A stretch of 64,000 nucleotides of DNA from Amoeboaphelidium protococcarum X5 (lineage: Eukaryota > Fungi > Aphelidiomycota), in NCBI GenBank assembly GCA_023515725.1, contig JALDTO010000155.1, forward strand, positions 903,147 to 967,146, in the 5' to 3' direction. The notes below the pieces were generated by a model. It was not told where the DNA came from. It was given only the letters and a program-made list of their open reading frames with translations, and searched no databases. Below are positions 52,109-64,000 of this stretch, one piece after another; within the stretch, counting starts at the first letter, position 1; each line of letters begins with the position of its first letter. The position numbers and the translations under genes are program-made.

Positions 52109-54124
52109 ATGTTTAATCCGTTGTAAGATGTGTTATGTCCCAATTCGTCCGGACTCAAAAGGGAGGACTGTCATTGTGCTGGATGTAAATCTTGGCAATA
52201 GGCGCAAGCCTAGTTGATGCATTCACAAATGCAATTTGAGTAAAAGAAAAAGCTTGCGGTGCAGACAAGAACCGAGTCAATGGTAAATAGATTGCACAGT
52301 GGATACCAGACTAAGCCGCCGCCCCCTGTTCATAGAAACGGTCCTGGTAGTGGAAATAGAGGTTTGACGCGTAAAAACGCGCTGGTGCAAATTAGCATTG
52401 TCCCTTGTATTTCAGGATCAAAGGTTGGATAATTTAAGCGTCTGGAAAATGTTGGCCCATAGATGATTTAGATTGACAAGTATAATGACAATTATCAATC
52501 TGTCTTAGCATAAGCTTGTGCATTGTTTCACTATCAAGTTGAGCAATCGTCAATTGGACAAAGTCAAATCCACCAAATCCCCTAATTTGGAGTTGATTTT
52601 GACGTAATATAATGGACCCAGAATATTCAATTGGCAGGATGTAAGTATACCTCTAATAAGGATAAGGTGCTATATTTGATTCCGTTGGTTGAAAGCAATC
52701 GCGTGTAATTGCATCCTAGTTTAAAGAGAAACTATGAGTCTCTACAGTAGCTGAATTTTTTGAATGTCGAGGACTTTGATTACTAGTATGGTTTGCCAGA
52801 TGAGAAGATGCAGGATAAGGATGATTTTGAAATTGTTGAACCGACGCGTACTTTAGATGAGCCTATTATTCAACCTGTCAAGCCTGTCAAAAAGATCAAA
52901 TCTGCGCAGGAGTCTACGATCATACCTGTCAGTTCAAATGTTGCGAGAAATAGTTAGATTGAACATAAGAATAAGTTTTGCTAGTTTGAAAACATTTCCA
53001 AGGTGTCCCCTCAGCGTGTAATAAAAAATACGCGCTCCTTGTAAGGCAGTGTGGTTGTGCATGTCTACGACTATGAAACAGGCTCCTGGTTCACTGAGGA
53101 TCCAGGAGTAGTTGGAATGCCAGATCTGGCAGGAAAGACTAACAAAGGGAATATAAAAAGATGCTACTATAATGGATCTCTGGTCAAGTTTTTTCCAGAT
53201 CTGCCAGTAGTCTTTAAGTGCGCAATTGATAAGGATGACGATGATTATGGATTACATGCTAGGGAAATATTAAACTCTGTTTGCGCTCAAAGGTGCTTCC
53301 TAGATTTTGACGCGGAATTGATTAAGACGCTGCTGGGTTAAGAATATCTATAGGTTGCTGGTGAGTAGCGTGGAGTTTGTGCTGGCGTGATGCTGGAGAT
53401 TAGAGACAAATAAAATGAGGAATTTGGTGATATGGTGGATCTAGCAAAGATATGGACAGTTGAACCCTTCGTAGATGGCCAATTTGTGAAGTATATCGAC
53501 AACGAGCATTTTATGCAAATTTGTGATGATGATCAGACTTATGAGGAGAACTTTCGTGAAGAAGTGGCCTGGGCTTTTGCCCATTACTCCTATTATTGGT
53601 TTGAGAAGGAGAACTACGAGTAAATGATAGTTGATATTCAAGGCTCTAAGTGTCACTTTACAGATCTTTAGGTGTGCACTGTCAATGGCACCGATTGCAG
53701 TATTGGCAATATGGGTTTACCAGCAATTGTGAAGTTCTTCGTTATGCACTAGTGCAATTAGATTTGCAAGGCTTTGCATTTAGATGTCGCGACCATTCCG
53801 TCTTTAGTAATGGAGAAGATTATGGAAGATTCTCTCTTAATGGATAAATTCGAGTCCACTGTGTTTGGATCTCCAGCATAGGCCGCTCCTAATCCTCTTG
53901 GATAGTAGAAGACATCATTGAAGTCGGATGTCTCCATAACTTCTGTGTCTAAACAGGTAGAAGTTAATAATCAAGCCACTCAGGATTTGCAGATAGTAAA
54001 GGAGAAATCTAAGATTAAGTTGGTGGATCCTATTGTTAAAAACATACGTCCGTCTAGCAGAAGACCTAATACGCGTGCTAAAAATGCTGCGTAGAAGAAA
54101 TTGCCAACTTTGACTGAGGATTGA
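52109..54124 (+). CDS. Alpha-kinase (eEF2K/MHCK/TRPM7 family) carried by the transposon, 671 aa
   Basis: One frame with TAR=Q. Motifs PVVFK, WTVEPFVDGQFVKYIDN, AFAHYSY, MIVDIQG, FTDLQ and GNMG, plus Zn-binding FFVMHQCNQICKALHL. TGA at 54122-54124. Confidence 0.9.
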
Positions 54125-54209
54125 GTATTTAGTAGCTCTGGTGGAGTTAACAATGAGTACGTAAAGATAGTAATAGCAATAAGAAATTTTTAATTATTCA
54201 GACCATTCT

Positions 54210-55463
54210 TCACTAAGCAATTTCCTACCCTCTCACTTACTATTCTGCTATCAACAATTAATCTCTAAATGCATCCAGCGCGCTTACGAGATCGCCATCG
54301 GACACTAAAGCCTTGAACACATCTTGACAATTGTCAAAGGTAAGTTGATCAAAACCTTTCTCTATAACAACTTCATCAATAAGATGCCTAGCGTAATTAA
54401 TTCTAAACCTATCATTCATATCTATAGTACTTGGTCCAAACAATTGAATAGCCATATCACGCATGTCTTGAGGAGGCTCCAAACCACATTCTACTCCATC
54501 AAACATCTCGGGAACTTGATAACGCATGATGGGCTGTCCTTGATTTCGAATCTTATGGTAATTCCACAAGGTGGTAATTTTATCTAAACACTCAGCGATA
54601 TAATGTCCAAAACAATACTGAGAAATTGTCTTATGAGAATAAAGCGTGGTATTAAAATAACCTGCAAAGTGAAGATTGTTCAGCGTTCCTATCCAATATT
54701 CAAGCCCATAATGATTCTATCTGCCCCAGTAACTTTCTATACGCGTATTGAAATTGGATGAACCCACAATATAAGAGTTCTCACCTACCAATATTTCTTG
54801 CAATTACTTGATGTAATTGTTCTCAGTTCCGCCATCAACACGAACTTTTCCAGGCATAACATTGCATTTGTCAGCCGCATCCAGAAAATATTCCAGTATG
54901 TAACGCGCGGGCCTATTCGTATCTGCGACCATACTAAACACAACATACCTACTAAAACCATCTACACACGCACTTATTCCAAAGCCAAACTACGACAGCT
55001 TATCGAAGCCATCTATATGCCACACTTAATTAGGACCATCATTTTAATATTCACGGCGTTTCAACTTGCGCCTTTTACGCATTTACACAGCCTCTGGATT
55101 GTCGAATCTTTAGCAAACCATAACCATGTCTCGAGATACTTATTGGCCTGATAGTTCACGAAGGACTTATGTAGTTGATCTAATTCCCAATCTTTCACCT
55201 TCATCCTGATTTACAACATGCACTAAATCCAAAACTTCGACAGGAGATAGCGCACAATGTCTCGTTCCAATTTAATGCTGCGACAAAATCGATTGCAAAG
55301 TCCTTAAGGACATTTAAATATTATGCTTCTATTTCAGCCAATCCAATAATTATTGTTAAGTGGACCCGCCATTAATTAGATGGCGAGCTTCTTCAATCCA
55401 ATGTTCACTTTAATCCGCAAATGTGGCTCTATTTAAAGCAGTACTCAATCCATGTTCAGTCAT
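54210..55463 (-). CDS. IS3EU/IS481-like DDE transposase (HTH/Clr5-like N-terminus plus integrase core), 417 aa
   Basis: LKRREYQNDGPNQVWHIDGFDKL (D1), ACVDGFSRYV, PGKVRVDGGTEN (D2), GSSNFNTRIESYW (E) and WNYHKIR. No in-frame TGA seen until 54210-54212. Confidence 0.9.
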
Positions 55464-55763
55464 AAACCGGTCCAATTTGGACTTGGAGCAGATTGTTCCA
55501 CTAGAATTTAGAGTATCTAAAATTTCCTTGCGCTTCAAACCTTAATTTACTAACTGCCGTACCTGTTCCAAGTCGATTTCTTAAGACATTTTGCTGCAAA
55601 AAATGAATTCGAGTTAAGATGTCCCCTATTATAAGGCGGATATAGTGCATGATAAGAAACAAAATAGCAATGAATTTATTTTTAAAATTACAAAACAAAA
55701 TAAAAATTAAAAATCATTTAAAATATTAATGGGAACTTTCATTTTACTTTCTATGTTTAGTAA

Positions 55764-55804
55764 TTTTAAACTGCGAGGCGGTTTTGCGTTTCTCGAACTC
55801 CGTA
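55764..55804 (-). repeat. Right terminal inverted repeat
   Basis: The reverse complement reads tacggagttcgagaaacgcaaaaccgcctcgcagtttaaaa and is followed on + by the TSD AGAGAG. Confidence 0.88.
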
Positions 55805-55969
55805 AGAGAGCTCAAGACGCGTGAAAGCTGATAGAAAATTTTGCAATAATAACGTTATACCAATGGAAAGGAAAGGGATAAACAACATATGCACAAGTAC
55901 ATTTATGGAAATATTCACAAAGACCAAAGTAAAAAGACCATCAACAACAACAACAACCATAAAAACTTG

Positions 55970-58000
55970 TCAAGAGCGCAGGTACGGCAATTCAGCTTTA
56001 ACTTTTGGCGGTGGGAGGTAGCCACGTCTAAACTTGCCCAGTGGAATATAAGATTCAACATCTCCTGTAAAATAATTAACAGAATCTGAGATATTCAAAT
56101 GATTACTTCCATTGGACTGAGACTATGGCAAATGCTATTATTGCTGATGCTACTAGTTGTGTTCGCTTTATGAACTTACATTCTGAGGCTGGTCGTTCTG
56201 CAGCTAAGACTGCGACTAATGATGATGATTATGATGACCATGACCAGAATTATGAAGAATGCCTAAAGACTTTTCAATCTCTGTAAGATCAAATGGAAGA
56301 CTGAGCGCTTTATAAACTTCCTCCAGAAGCATCTTATTTTCTGCTTCAGAGTGTCCGGATTTCTTTGCCAATTCATCCTCACTGCCCAAATGAGCTCCTT
56401 TACGAATACCAGCAGACCGTTTCCGCCCGTCTTTACCAGTTCCTGCCGTGGATGATGATGATGCAGCCGACTAGAAAGCACTAGTTACTTTAAGAATATC
56501 GTGCACTTTCCTAAAGCTGCGATTGAAATTCAAACCGTCATCTGCAACATTAAGGAGCTGGTTATTAGTCTTACTAATAACACCATCGCCATCAGTGTCA
56601 TCATCTTCATCATCATCGCCTTCAATATTACTCATAAATCTTCCACTAGCACCGCCAACGCCACCTTCCTCCTCAATAAAATCTTCGTCCGAGTCAACGA
56701 ATAAATCATCAGAATCAGAGTCGGACGTGCCATTCTATGACTTTTGTTACTTTTTAGTCTACTTGCCCTTCTTTTACTATTTAGAGCCACCATTCTTTTT
56801 ACTTTTGCCACCACCATTATTACTGTTGTTACTATTGCCAAACCAGCTTTTGCCGGGCTGGAAAAGCACATTATTTTTTATACTCTGACCAGTCAGCGAC
56901 AAGTCTTTCTACTTATCCTGCGAAGATTATGACTGATTAGATGAACGTTTGACAAATGAAGCAACTCTAAAAATGGTACTTATCTTTGTTGCACCAGGGT
57001 TATTACTACTGCCACCAGCATTGTAGCTGCCACCACTGTCCCGGAAGAGAATACTTGTGTCTTGCACAGACTACCTTCTCTATTAGTTGTCATATTTAGA
57101 TGTTGGCGATTGCTACTGCTGTTACTATTCCTTAACGTACTACCCATTATCTTCACCTTTCAACTGCTCGGCCGAATCTTGGCTATCAGAATCCACTTCA
57201 ATCGACAAAGCTTTATCGACGGCCACCTGAATAGATAAAGTAGATCGGTCTGTGGCTATAGTGTTCGATTAGCTCTAAATTCTACTACTCTTGTTATCAA
57301 TAGGAAAGTTGGACTTATTAGCAGATGTATTCGTGGATTTGATACCATCTTTGGAATTCTTCATCCTGAAATCTAGAAGATTACTTATAAAATTACCAGC
57401 CACGGAGCTAACACTCTACTATCTATCTCTAGTCTTGATGTTATGTGTCTTAGTTGTAGCATTAGATCTAGACGTCGGCGCAGCATTACGTGCGTTATTC
57501 CCAGCACCAGAATCGTATTATTACTACTCATCAATGGAGAATAATTAAGATGAGCCACTGAGAATATTGGAACTAGTCGATTTTACAAGAGGACTCCTCC
57601 GAGCTGAACCACTTTCAAGAGATCCACTGATTACAGTTGCAGAAGGTACAGCATTGAGTTGTTGTTACTATTGTTACTGTTTCATACCGATATCATCATA
57701 CGATTTACGTCTTGCAGTATTAGACGGTAACTCCGAGGGGAGCTACAAATGGACTTTGTCTTTCAACTCATCACTATTCTTACTACTACTACTTCTACTA
57801 CTAAAATCCTCAGCACTAATACGATCAGATTTTTAATTCTAAGCAGACTTTTGAGTTGAAGACATTTCCGTATTAGACAATGCACTCAGATGAGGCTCGG
57901 CAGTGACTTGTAGATTCGATGTCAGATTAACCTCGGAAATTACAGAATATTCAGTCTACTAGAGAGTCAGTAATTACAATTACTTATCCTACTATTCCAT
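55970..58000 (-). CDS. Hypothetical low-complexity S/Q/N-rich protein (676 aa)
   Basis: ATG 58000 and TGA 55970-55972 are in frame, and the checked segments are open with TAR=Q. No recognisable domain. Confidence 0.6.
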
Positions 58001-58386
58001 CTTAATTATCGAGGGATTATAAGTAGATACTACTCACTATACAGAGAGAGTGCCAAATGAATAAAGACTCACTTCGCTTATAGTGAAACAGAAAGAAAGG
58101 CAAAGTCACTCAAGTCAGTTCAACTCAGCTTAACGAAGAAAAAGAATCCCAATCGAATTCGAAACGCGGAATGTTCCGAAATCTTCAACGCGAGCCTGAA
58201 ACAGAAACTTTCGTCGTTATGTTTCAACCTTTACCGTACATAGAGGACTATCTAAAGCCAAAGATTATTAAGAGTAGAATATGGTTTATGAACGGAGTTA
58301 TACGCGCGTAGAAGAAAATAATTATCGCAACTAAACTTTTCTTGTAATAATTGAAAGTCAAAGCTGGAAAAAGTATGCAAAGCTTA

Positions 58387-59787
58387 TCAAACTTTCATCT
58401 TGGATAGATAGTCAGCTTGTTCGCATGCCAGATACTCTTCAGTGACATCGAGCAGTGATTCCCGGGATACATCAAACTCTTCCAGACCATCTTTGAACAT
58501 GTCCAGTTTTCGATATTATTCCAAAAATGCATTCCTCTTCCTCAGTCTATCATACTGATCGATAGTACTTTTAAAGAGTTGAGCGACGGAGGTGTGATTA
58601 GCCAGCATTAGACCACTTACACGGCCACCTTAAGTATCACCATCTTCAAGACACGGTGAACGTCTCGCCACATTAATCTACATGGATGATGGCTTCCACG
58701 GTGCAAACTGCATCGTATTCTTCTCCTTCAACTTTAGAATAGCTTTATGAACATCTTTCGCGCCTACGTCACCTTGAACTATAGACATTGCAGATAAATA
58801 GCAATTTAATGGCGTATTTTCTACTGAAATGACGCGACTTTTTGGTTACAACAGTCTTCTCATAATATCAGAAAGTCCAGCCTTCTTCATTAACGATTAT
58901 CTGCTTCTATTCACAGCATTAGTAGAGTTCTCACTCGCCGCATTAACATTACTAATGGCAGCATAATCGCGCAAATCATTGTGAGTAAAGGGGGTATAAG
59001 CACAGGTAATGTAATGGCACTTTCTGATGGGAACAAGAGATGACATTAAACCAATCATACTATTGTAAGTGTAAGATGGGAACCGCATCTGTATACTAGA
59101 AGTTGCCATTATGGTGGAGACCATTCGATTGATCTGGGCAAAAGATGCATTCTTAATATGCAACTAGTCCTGAGCAAGTCTATTCAGAGCAGCATTGTCC
59201 AAAACAGTGACCATGTCGGCATTCTCAGTCAGTCTCTTGAGAGATAGTAAAGAGTTATAAGGCTGAACCACGACATCAGACACAGCCTCAGTATGACTGG
59301 GAAATACAGAATATGTTTGTATCAGCTTTTTAGGGAATCTATCAGACAACATCTCAAGTAGATATGATCCCAGTCCACTACCTGTACCGCCGGCAATACT
59401 GTGCATCAGATTGAATCCTTCCAAAGATTCGGAGTTATCTGCCTCACGATCTAGAATGTCAAACAAGTCCTCACTCAATCTTTCACCACTCTAGTACCCA
59501 CTAGCCCAATTATTACCCGCACCACTTCCATCCTAACTTTAGTAAACATTTTCCGGATTATGAAGAAGGCCATACGGTGATTACATAATATTATTGATCA
59601 CCTACACTCAGATATTGATGCGAGATAAATCACTCTCAATATATACGTTATGAAGGTAACTAGTGTCTAGCATGTAAAGTTCTTACTCGGGGCTCTAAAT
59701 CTATTAGGATTGAGCGAGGAATATAGTGACCATCTTCAGCTTGGTAGAAGAAGATATCTTTACGATCCATCAGAGGTATGGAGGGAG

Positions 59788-59830
<43 letters not shown>

Positions 59831-60021
59831 ATCAGAAGAGGTGAGAGGTAAACCATCCGGTGCGAGACCATGTTCCGCGCACAATTGAGCCCAAAACTCC
59901 ATTCCAACTACACTCAACAGCATTCCAGTTTATTAATGTTTAGGCATCAACAACTATAAACTAAAATCTTACTCTAATTGCCGCATTGTCCCACTTGCAA
60001 AGATATAATCTCTCGACTCAT
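58387..60021 (-). CDS. TUBG1: Gamma-tubulin; introns 59908-59972 and 59602-59686
   Basis: [16 protein letters not shown]|[75 protein letters not shown] and [12 protein letters not shown]. Confidence 0.97.
59789..59830 (-). repeat. (TAG)14 coding microsatellite encoding polyGln in gamma-tubulin exon 2
   Basis: Perfect (cta)14 on +, in frame between [14 protein letters not shown] and [14 protein letters not shown]. Confidence 0.92.
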
Positions 60022-60374
60022 AGTTGACTGTTAAATTAACACAACTAAGCAGTCTCAGTGTTTAGGATTCTTTATGCTGACAGTAATAAAACGCGTACTG
60101 AAACGACAAAAGAAGAGAGTTCGAGGGGTGACGAAGCAAAGGGAACGACAACGCTTCCTGTATGAGAAGAGAAATTTGTTGTCATTGAGAAGACAGCCAG
60201 ATTAGTAAAACAATCCACAGCGCCGTTTGTAGAGAACCAGTCGCGCTAAATTAGATCTCGCGTTCCATTAATCCCATACTGAACTACAGTGTATTGTAAA
60301 GCACTATTTGAAAGTGACATTTAGATAAATTCATTCCACTTTAAACGTAGAAAAGTTTGATAGCGACTAATAGT

Positions 60375-61545
60375 ATGAAGTAGTTTGACATTAAAGCTAA
60401 TACGAATCTTAGACCTGGAAATGTTTCGTTTGCAAAGCCTTAAGAAATTGGCCATTTGAGCATTGGCCCTGATCGATTGGTGAAACCGATGAGTAATGAA
60501 TCTCTGAGACAGTACAGTCCGATGTGTACACCTGAGGCACTGTCAATGATTAATCTGAGTAATGGTTATCCCGAAAAGTATATAGAACGTGATTAAACGA
60601 TTAATGAAGGGTTGGACGCAATATTGTAAACATTGGATTTCATCAGGTACGATATCACGGAAGACTTTGTTACTTGGCGAGGGATACTGACGCGTCTGAT
60701 GCTGACCATTGATAGTTCTAGACAGTAGAATCCACACTTTTAGACAGAGGAATGGAAGTTTAAAGTGTATAAAATGAATGGTGTGATTTATATTCAGTCA
60801 TCTCCAAAATGGACCGTGTTTGAAGAGTTGACGGATGTGCACAAGTTGCTCACCTATCATGGTTACAAGTTTGAGGCGATGAACACGGCACCACTTGGTC
60901 ATACTCTATCCCCGGAGCTTAGTGATGAGATTAATCGACGGGATAGTGATACTATTGATACTCACGTCTAGTATGGACTTGTGCTCAAACTCAAGATTGG
61001 ATTACATTCAGTTCTAATCGGAGCTGAAGCTGATTGCATTGATGAATCCAGATCAAGTTCTATTCAATAGCAAGATGTGCCAACATAGAATACTGATAGA
61101 CTTGAATAATTTGTAGAGTTAAAAACATCCAAAGTTATTCGCAATGCACGACATCAAGCCAGTTTTGAGCGATTTAAATTGCCTAAATTTTACTTTTAGT
61201 CATTCCTAGTTGCCACCAAAAGAAGTAAGTTGTACATTTACAAATATGTAGATTATGAGCAATGTCATTAATGTAGTTTGTGTCGGGTTCAGAGATGAGA
61301 ATGGCCGTATAGAGAGCGTTACTGAATTTGAGACACTGAAAATTCCGCGTATAGTTCGACATAAAGGCTACTGGGATCCCATGGTGCACTTGGACTTTCT
61401 GGTCAAGGTTTTGAAATTCATTCAAGATAATATAGAGTATGGTACTGTTGATGGTGATGGTGAGCATATTCAATACTATCAGCTATCACACGATAAGAAT
61501 TCTCCATTCATACAACTAAGTCCGTGTGATGATCCAGACGCGTGA
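60375..61545 (+). CDS. RAI1: Decapping exonuclease RAI1/DXO; intron 61225-61276
   Basis: FVTWRGILTRLM, YHGYKFE, IGAEADC, FVELKTS, KFYFQSFL and ICVGFRD. TGA at 61543-61545. Confidence 0.92.
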
Positions 61546-61636
61546 TTCTTGTTCAGGCTCTATATTACATTAAAATCTATGTCAAAGCATTAATCAAGAT
61601 AAATAACAATTAATGTGAACTAATTAAATACTCTAT

Positions 61637-63544
61637 TCATAAATTCTGAGATACTCTTACTTTCTAAATACATTCGTCATCATACCTTTTCTTCTGGACA
61701 GGATCTTTCAGGATTTCATAGGCCTTCTTCAACTTCATGAATTTCTCAGAGTACATTTCCCTCACGGCTTCCGGAGCATCAAAATGCTTGTCAGGATGAT
61801 ATTGGTGGGCAAGAGTTTTAAATTGTGCCTAAATATCACTTTGCGAAGAACTGAACTCTTTGCCAGAGAGATCTAGACATTCATATAGCTAACGAGAGTC
61901 TCGATGTACAAACTTATACTCCAACTCTTACCGGGATTTTTCGATATTGATAGCATCTTGCAGAGTCGCTGATTACTACCTTTTCATCTGAGCATTCCGA
62001 TACAGCAAAGATTCATCAATGTTGAAATTGTCCTTAGTAAATAAGCTGGGTCTTCTTCTCTACTTACTTGACGGTTCTGGCCTCTTGAAAGCTTTTGCCT
62101 GTTTGTCTTCTTTAACTTTATCACCATCAGATTGTGCCTTTTCACTGTCCTTTGTGGTCGACGATGATTTAAATGATAACCGCTTTAACCCTTTTAGCAA
62201 TAAAGATGGTTCTTCTAAGATCTTTTCTAACTCAGACTCCCAACCATCATCTTTGACAGAATCATCGTTAGTATGCTCACTCTTAGTTACAACGCGCTAG
62301 TGAATCTAACTTTGAACTTTTGGAGAGCTCGAACTCTCACCGAACAGAATTCGCAGCTGTGATTACCTAAAGTCCTATCCAACTATAATATGCTCCACAC
62401 TAACTTTTTCTTAATCCAAGTGATCTTTTAACATTGCTTAAAGATAATATCTATTAGATTTTGGCAGCTAACTCAAATCTTTACCAGATTGTAAATACTC
62501 ACCAGATGACTTGTATATATTGATATCATTCAAGTGAACAGCATAATCGTACATTTTAGGAAGTCGCGATAACGCAATAGAGCACGCAGCCTTTATCAAT
62601 AAACTTTTCACATCCAATTCTTCAAATAGAAATTAGTACTACATTTATGAGCTTAATTCGTCCCAAAATGAAGTAGCATGTTCACGCGCATAATTAAAGT
62701 ATTAATTCAACAACAGAGCACTGAAGTACACGCCGGAAACCAGGGAAGGACTATGCGCATACCGAAGACCATGCGCCACCTTGCCAGTAACGGCATTAAT
62801 GTACACGGTACCAAGGGATGAACGACACTCATAATATGGAATGAATATGTCATTAGAGGACACGGTTCCGTCAGACTTTTTAGACATTTGTAGATGCCTT
62901 ATCTTCTTAACTCCATTGATACTTGCGAGCCATTATATTACATCACGTCGATACCTCTAGGCAGTAACGTCATTCAAAGCGCGTCTCAATAGAATACTTG
63001 TGTCAAAGTGACTCTCCCTGAAATTGTAGTAGCAGCTCAATTAATCCGAACTTTCACTCTTATTCTCCCCATCATTATCATCATACAAATCTATCGCTTG
63101 TAAAGGAACAGTACCGCCAGCCTATTACGCAATCTATATCATAGCGAGCATATCGTCAACGTCATTAAGTTTACGGCGAACGGAGCTACCATCAGATATT
63201 ATCAGCATCGGAAAGTTGAACTACCGTTGGAAACTATATCTTACAAGCATTTCTTCTTTAGTATTCTTCATCAACAACATATTAGGTGGAATGTCCACTT
63301 TCTAATCCCAGAGAAGTATACCATTCATGTTAGAGGTGAACTAGACGCGTGTATAAATGTATGGGATGTATTTCAGCGTGATTTTGGGCTAAGAGTATTC
63401 AAGTTTAAAGACAGTATGCTTACTTAAAGCATCGGCATGAATTTAACGCGCCTAATCCTCTGATATCTAAACAGTAAATCGATAAATCTTGTTCCTTTCC
63501 AAATTAACAGAATAAAGCCTAGTTCTACAAAGTCGTAAGATCAT
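61637..63544 (-). CDS. Membrane-associated J-domain (DnaJ class C) protein, probably mitochondrial (635 aa)
   Basis: One frame. Arg-rich N-terminus MILRLCRTRLYS, central FIPYYECRSSLGTVYINAVTGKV, and a C-terminal J domain with LAHQYHPDK and KKAYEILKDP. Confidence 0.8.
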
Positions 63545-63854
63545 AATAAGGATTGTCTCTTGATATTTTACGAGATAATGATAAATTTCACAGATGGAAA
63601 TAATAAAAACGCGTCAAGATTCTTTTGCTCAACGTCAGAACGAATTTCTTTTCTATTTCAACCGCGTGGCTTTCAGTGAGCGCCGTTACAATCAGCCTGA
63701 TTTGTTTGATATCCTGTTGTCACGTTGTTGTTACTGCGGTCCTTATATATTTACAAGCTGTATATCTTTAAAGCAAATTAATTATTTTTGAATAAATAAT
63801 TGTAGTCTCGCTGCTTAGTCTCGTTAATACATCGAACCATTAAATTTCCGTAGT

Positions 63855-64000
63855 ATGAGAGTATTGATCGATAAGGAGCATATTCTTGATCCGACCTGTC
63901 GCAAGCGATCTGGTGATGTAAAGAGAGAACGTAGATACTAATCATCAGAGTAGTTGTATGATATTCCTCCTCGCCGATCATCTTTACCTGACATCTCCGC
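63855..64000 (+). CDS. Possible 5' end of a gene running off the window
   Basis: ATG 63855 opens a frame to the window end, downstream of a divergent promoter containing ACGCGT at 63609. No homology recognised. Confidence 0.3.

Larger units (their letters stand above)
51319..55804. mobile_element. Complete IS3EU-like DDE DNA transposon, 4,486 bp, two convergent genes (alpha-kinase and integrase)
   Basis: TIRs 51319-51359 and 55764-55804 match at 33/41 with termini TACGG...CCGTA. Identical 6-bp flanks AGAGAG at 51313-51318 and 55805-55810. Intact rve-type integrase inside, with long AT-rich subterminal regions. Confidence 0.9.

Noticed and set aside
55552-55992. Inverted repeat aactgccgtacctg / caggtacggcaatt as a possible MITE
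   Set aside because: There is no TSD, the right arm lies in the last codons of the 55970-58000 gene, and the pair straddles the true transposon end at 55804.
63341-63423. Apparent GTAAG...TAG intron in the J-protein gene
   Set aside because: The frame is open straight through, and splicing it would shift the frame.

Overview
A gene-dense, intron-poor eukaryotic window that uses a non-standard nuclear genetic code: TAA and TAG encode Gln and only TGA terminates (translation table 6). The supplied ORF track therefore fragments almost every gene. Opisthokont/fungal-type genes (Tea4/Bud14, a Pex20-like co-receptor, YTA7, RAI1) plus TAR=Gln point to an aphelid such as Amoeboaphelidium protococcarum; this is inference. 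Re-read by hand with TAR=Gln, the window holds about 26 genes. Housekeeping genes include BMS1, DPM1, HPM1/METTL18, YTA7, RFC3/5, COQ5, NDUFS2, OTU1, gamma-tubulin, RAI1/DXO and a J-protein. Accessory content includes a Crinkler-like SAM+REase effector, two tandem beta-propeller/mucin/TM non-RD receptor kinases, a double glycosyltransferase, a secreted carboxylesterase and a decayed PIF1 helicase. Highlights: (1) a complete 4,486-bp IS3EU-like DNA transposon (51319-55804, TACGG...CCGTA imperfect TIRs, AGAGAG 6-bp TSD) carrying an intact DDE integrase and an intact alpha-kinase; (2) a ~290-nt G-U-rich structured RNA with a possible poison exon inside the unusually long BMS1 intron; (3) a (TAG)14 polyGln tract inside gamma-tubulin; (4) a PPIL2/Cyp60 relic that keeps only its terminal motifs; (5) an effector gene bracketed by a ~300-bp duplication of neighbouring gene ends. 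Family calls come from motif recognition, not database searches.
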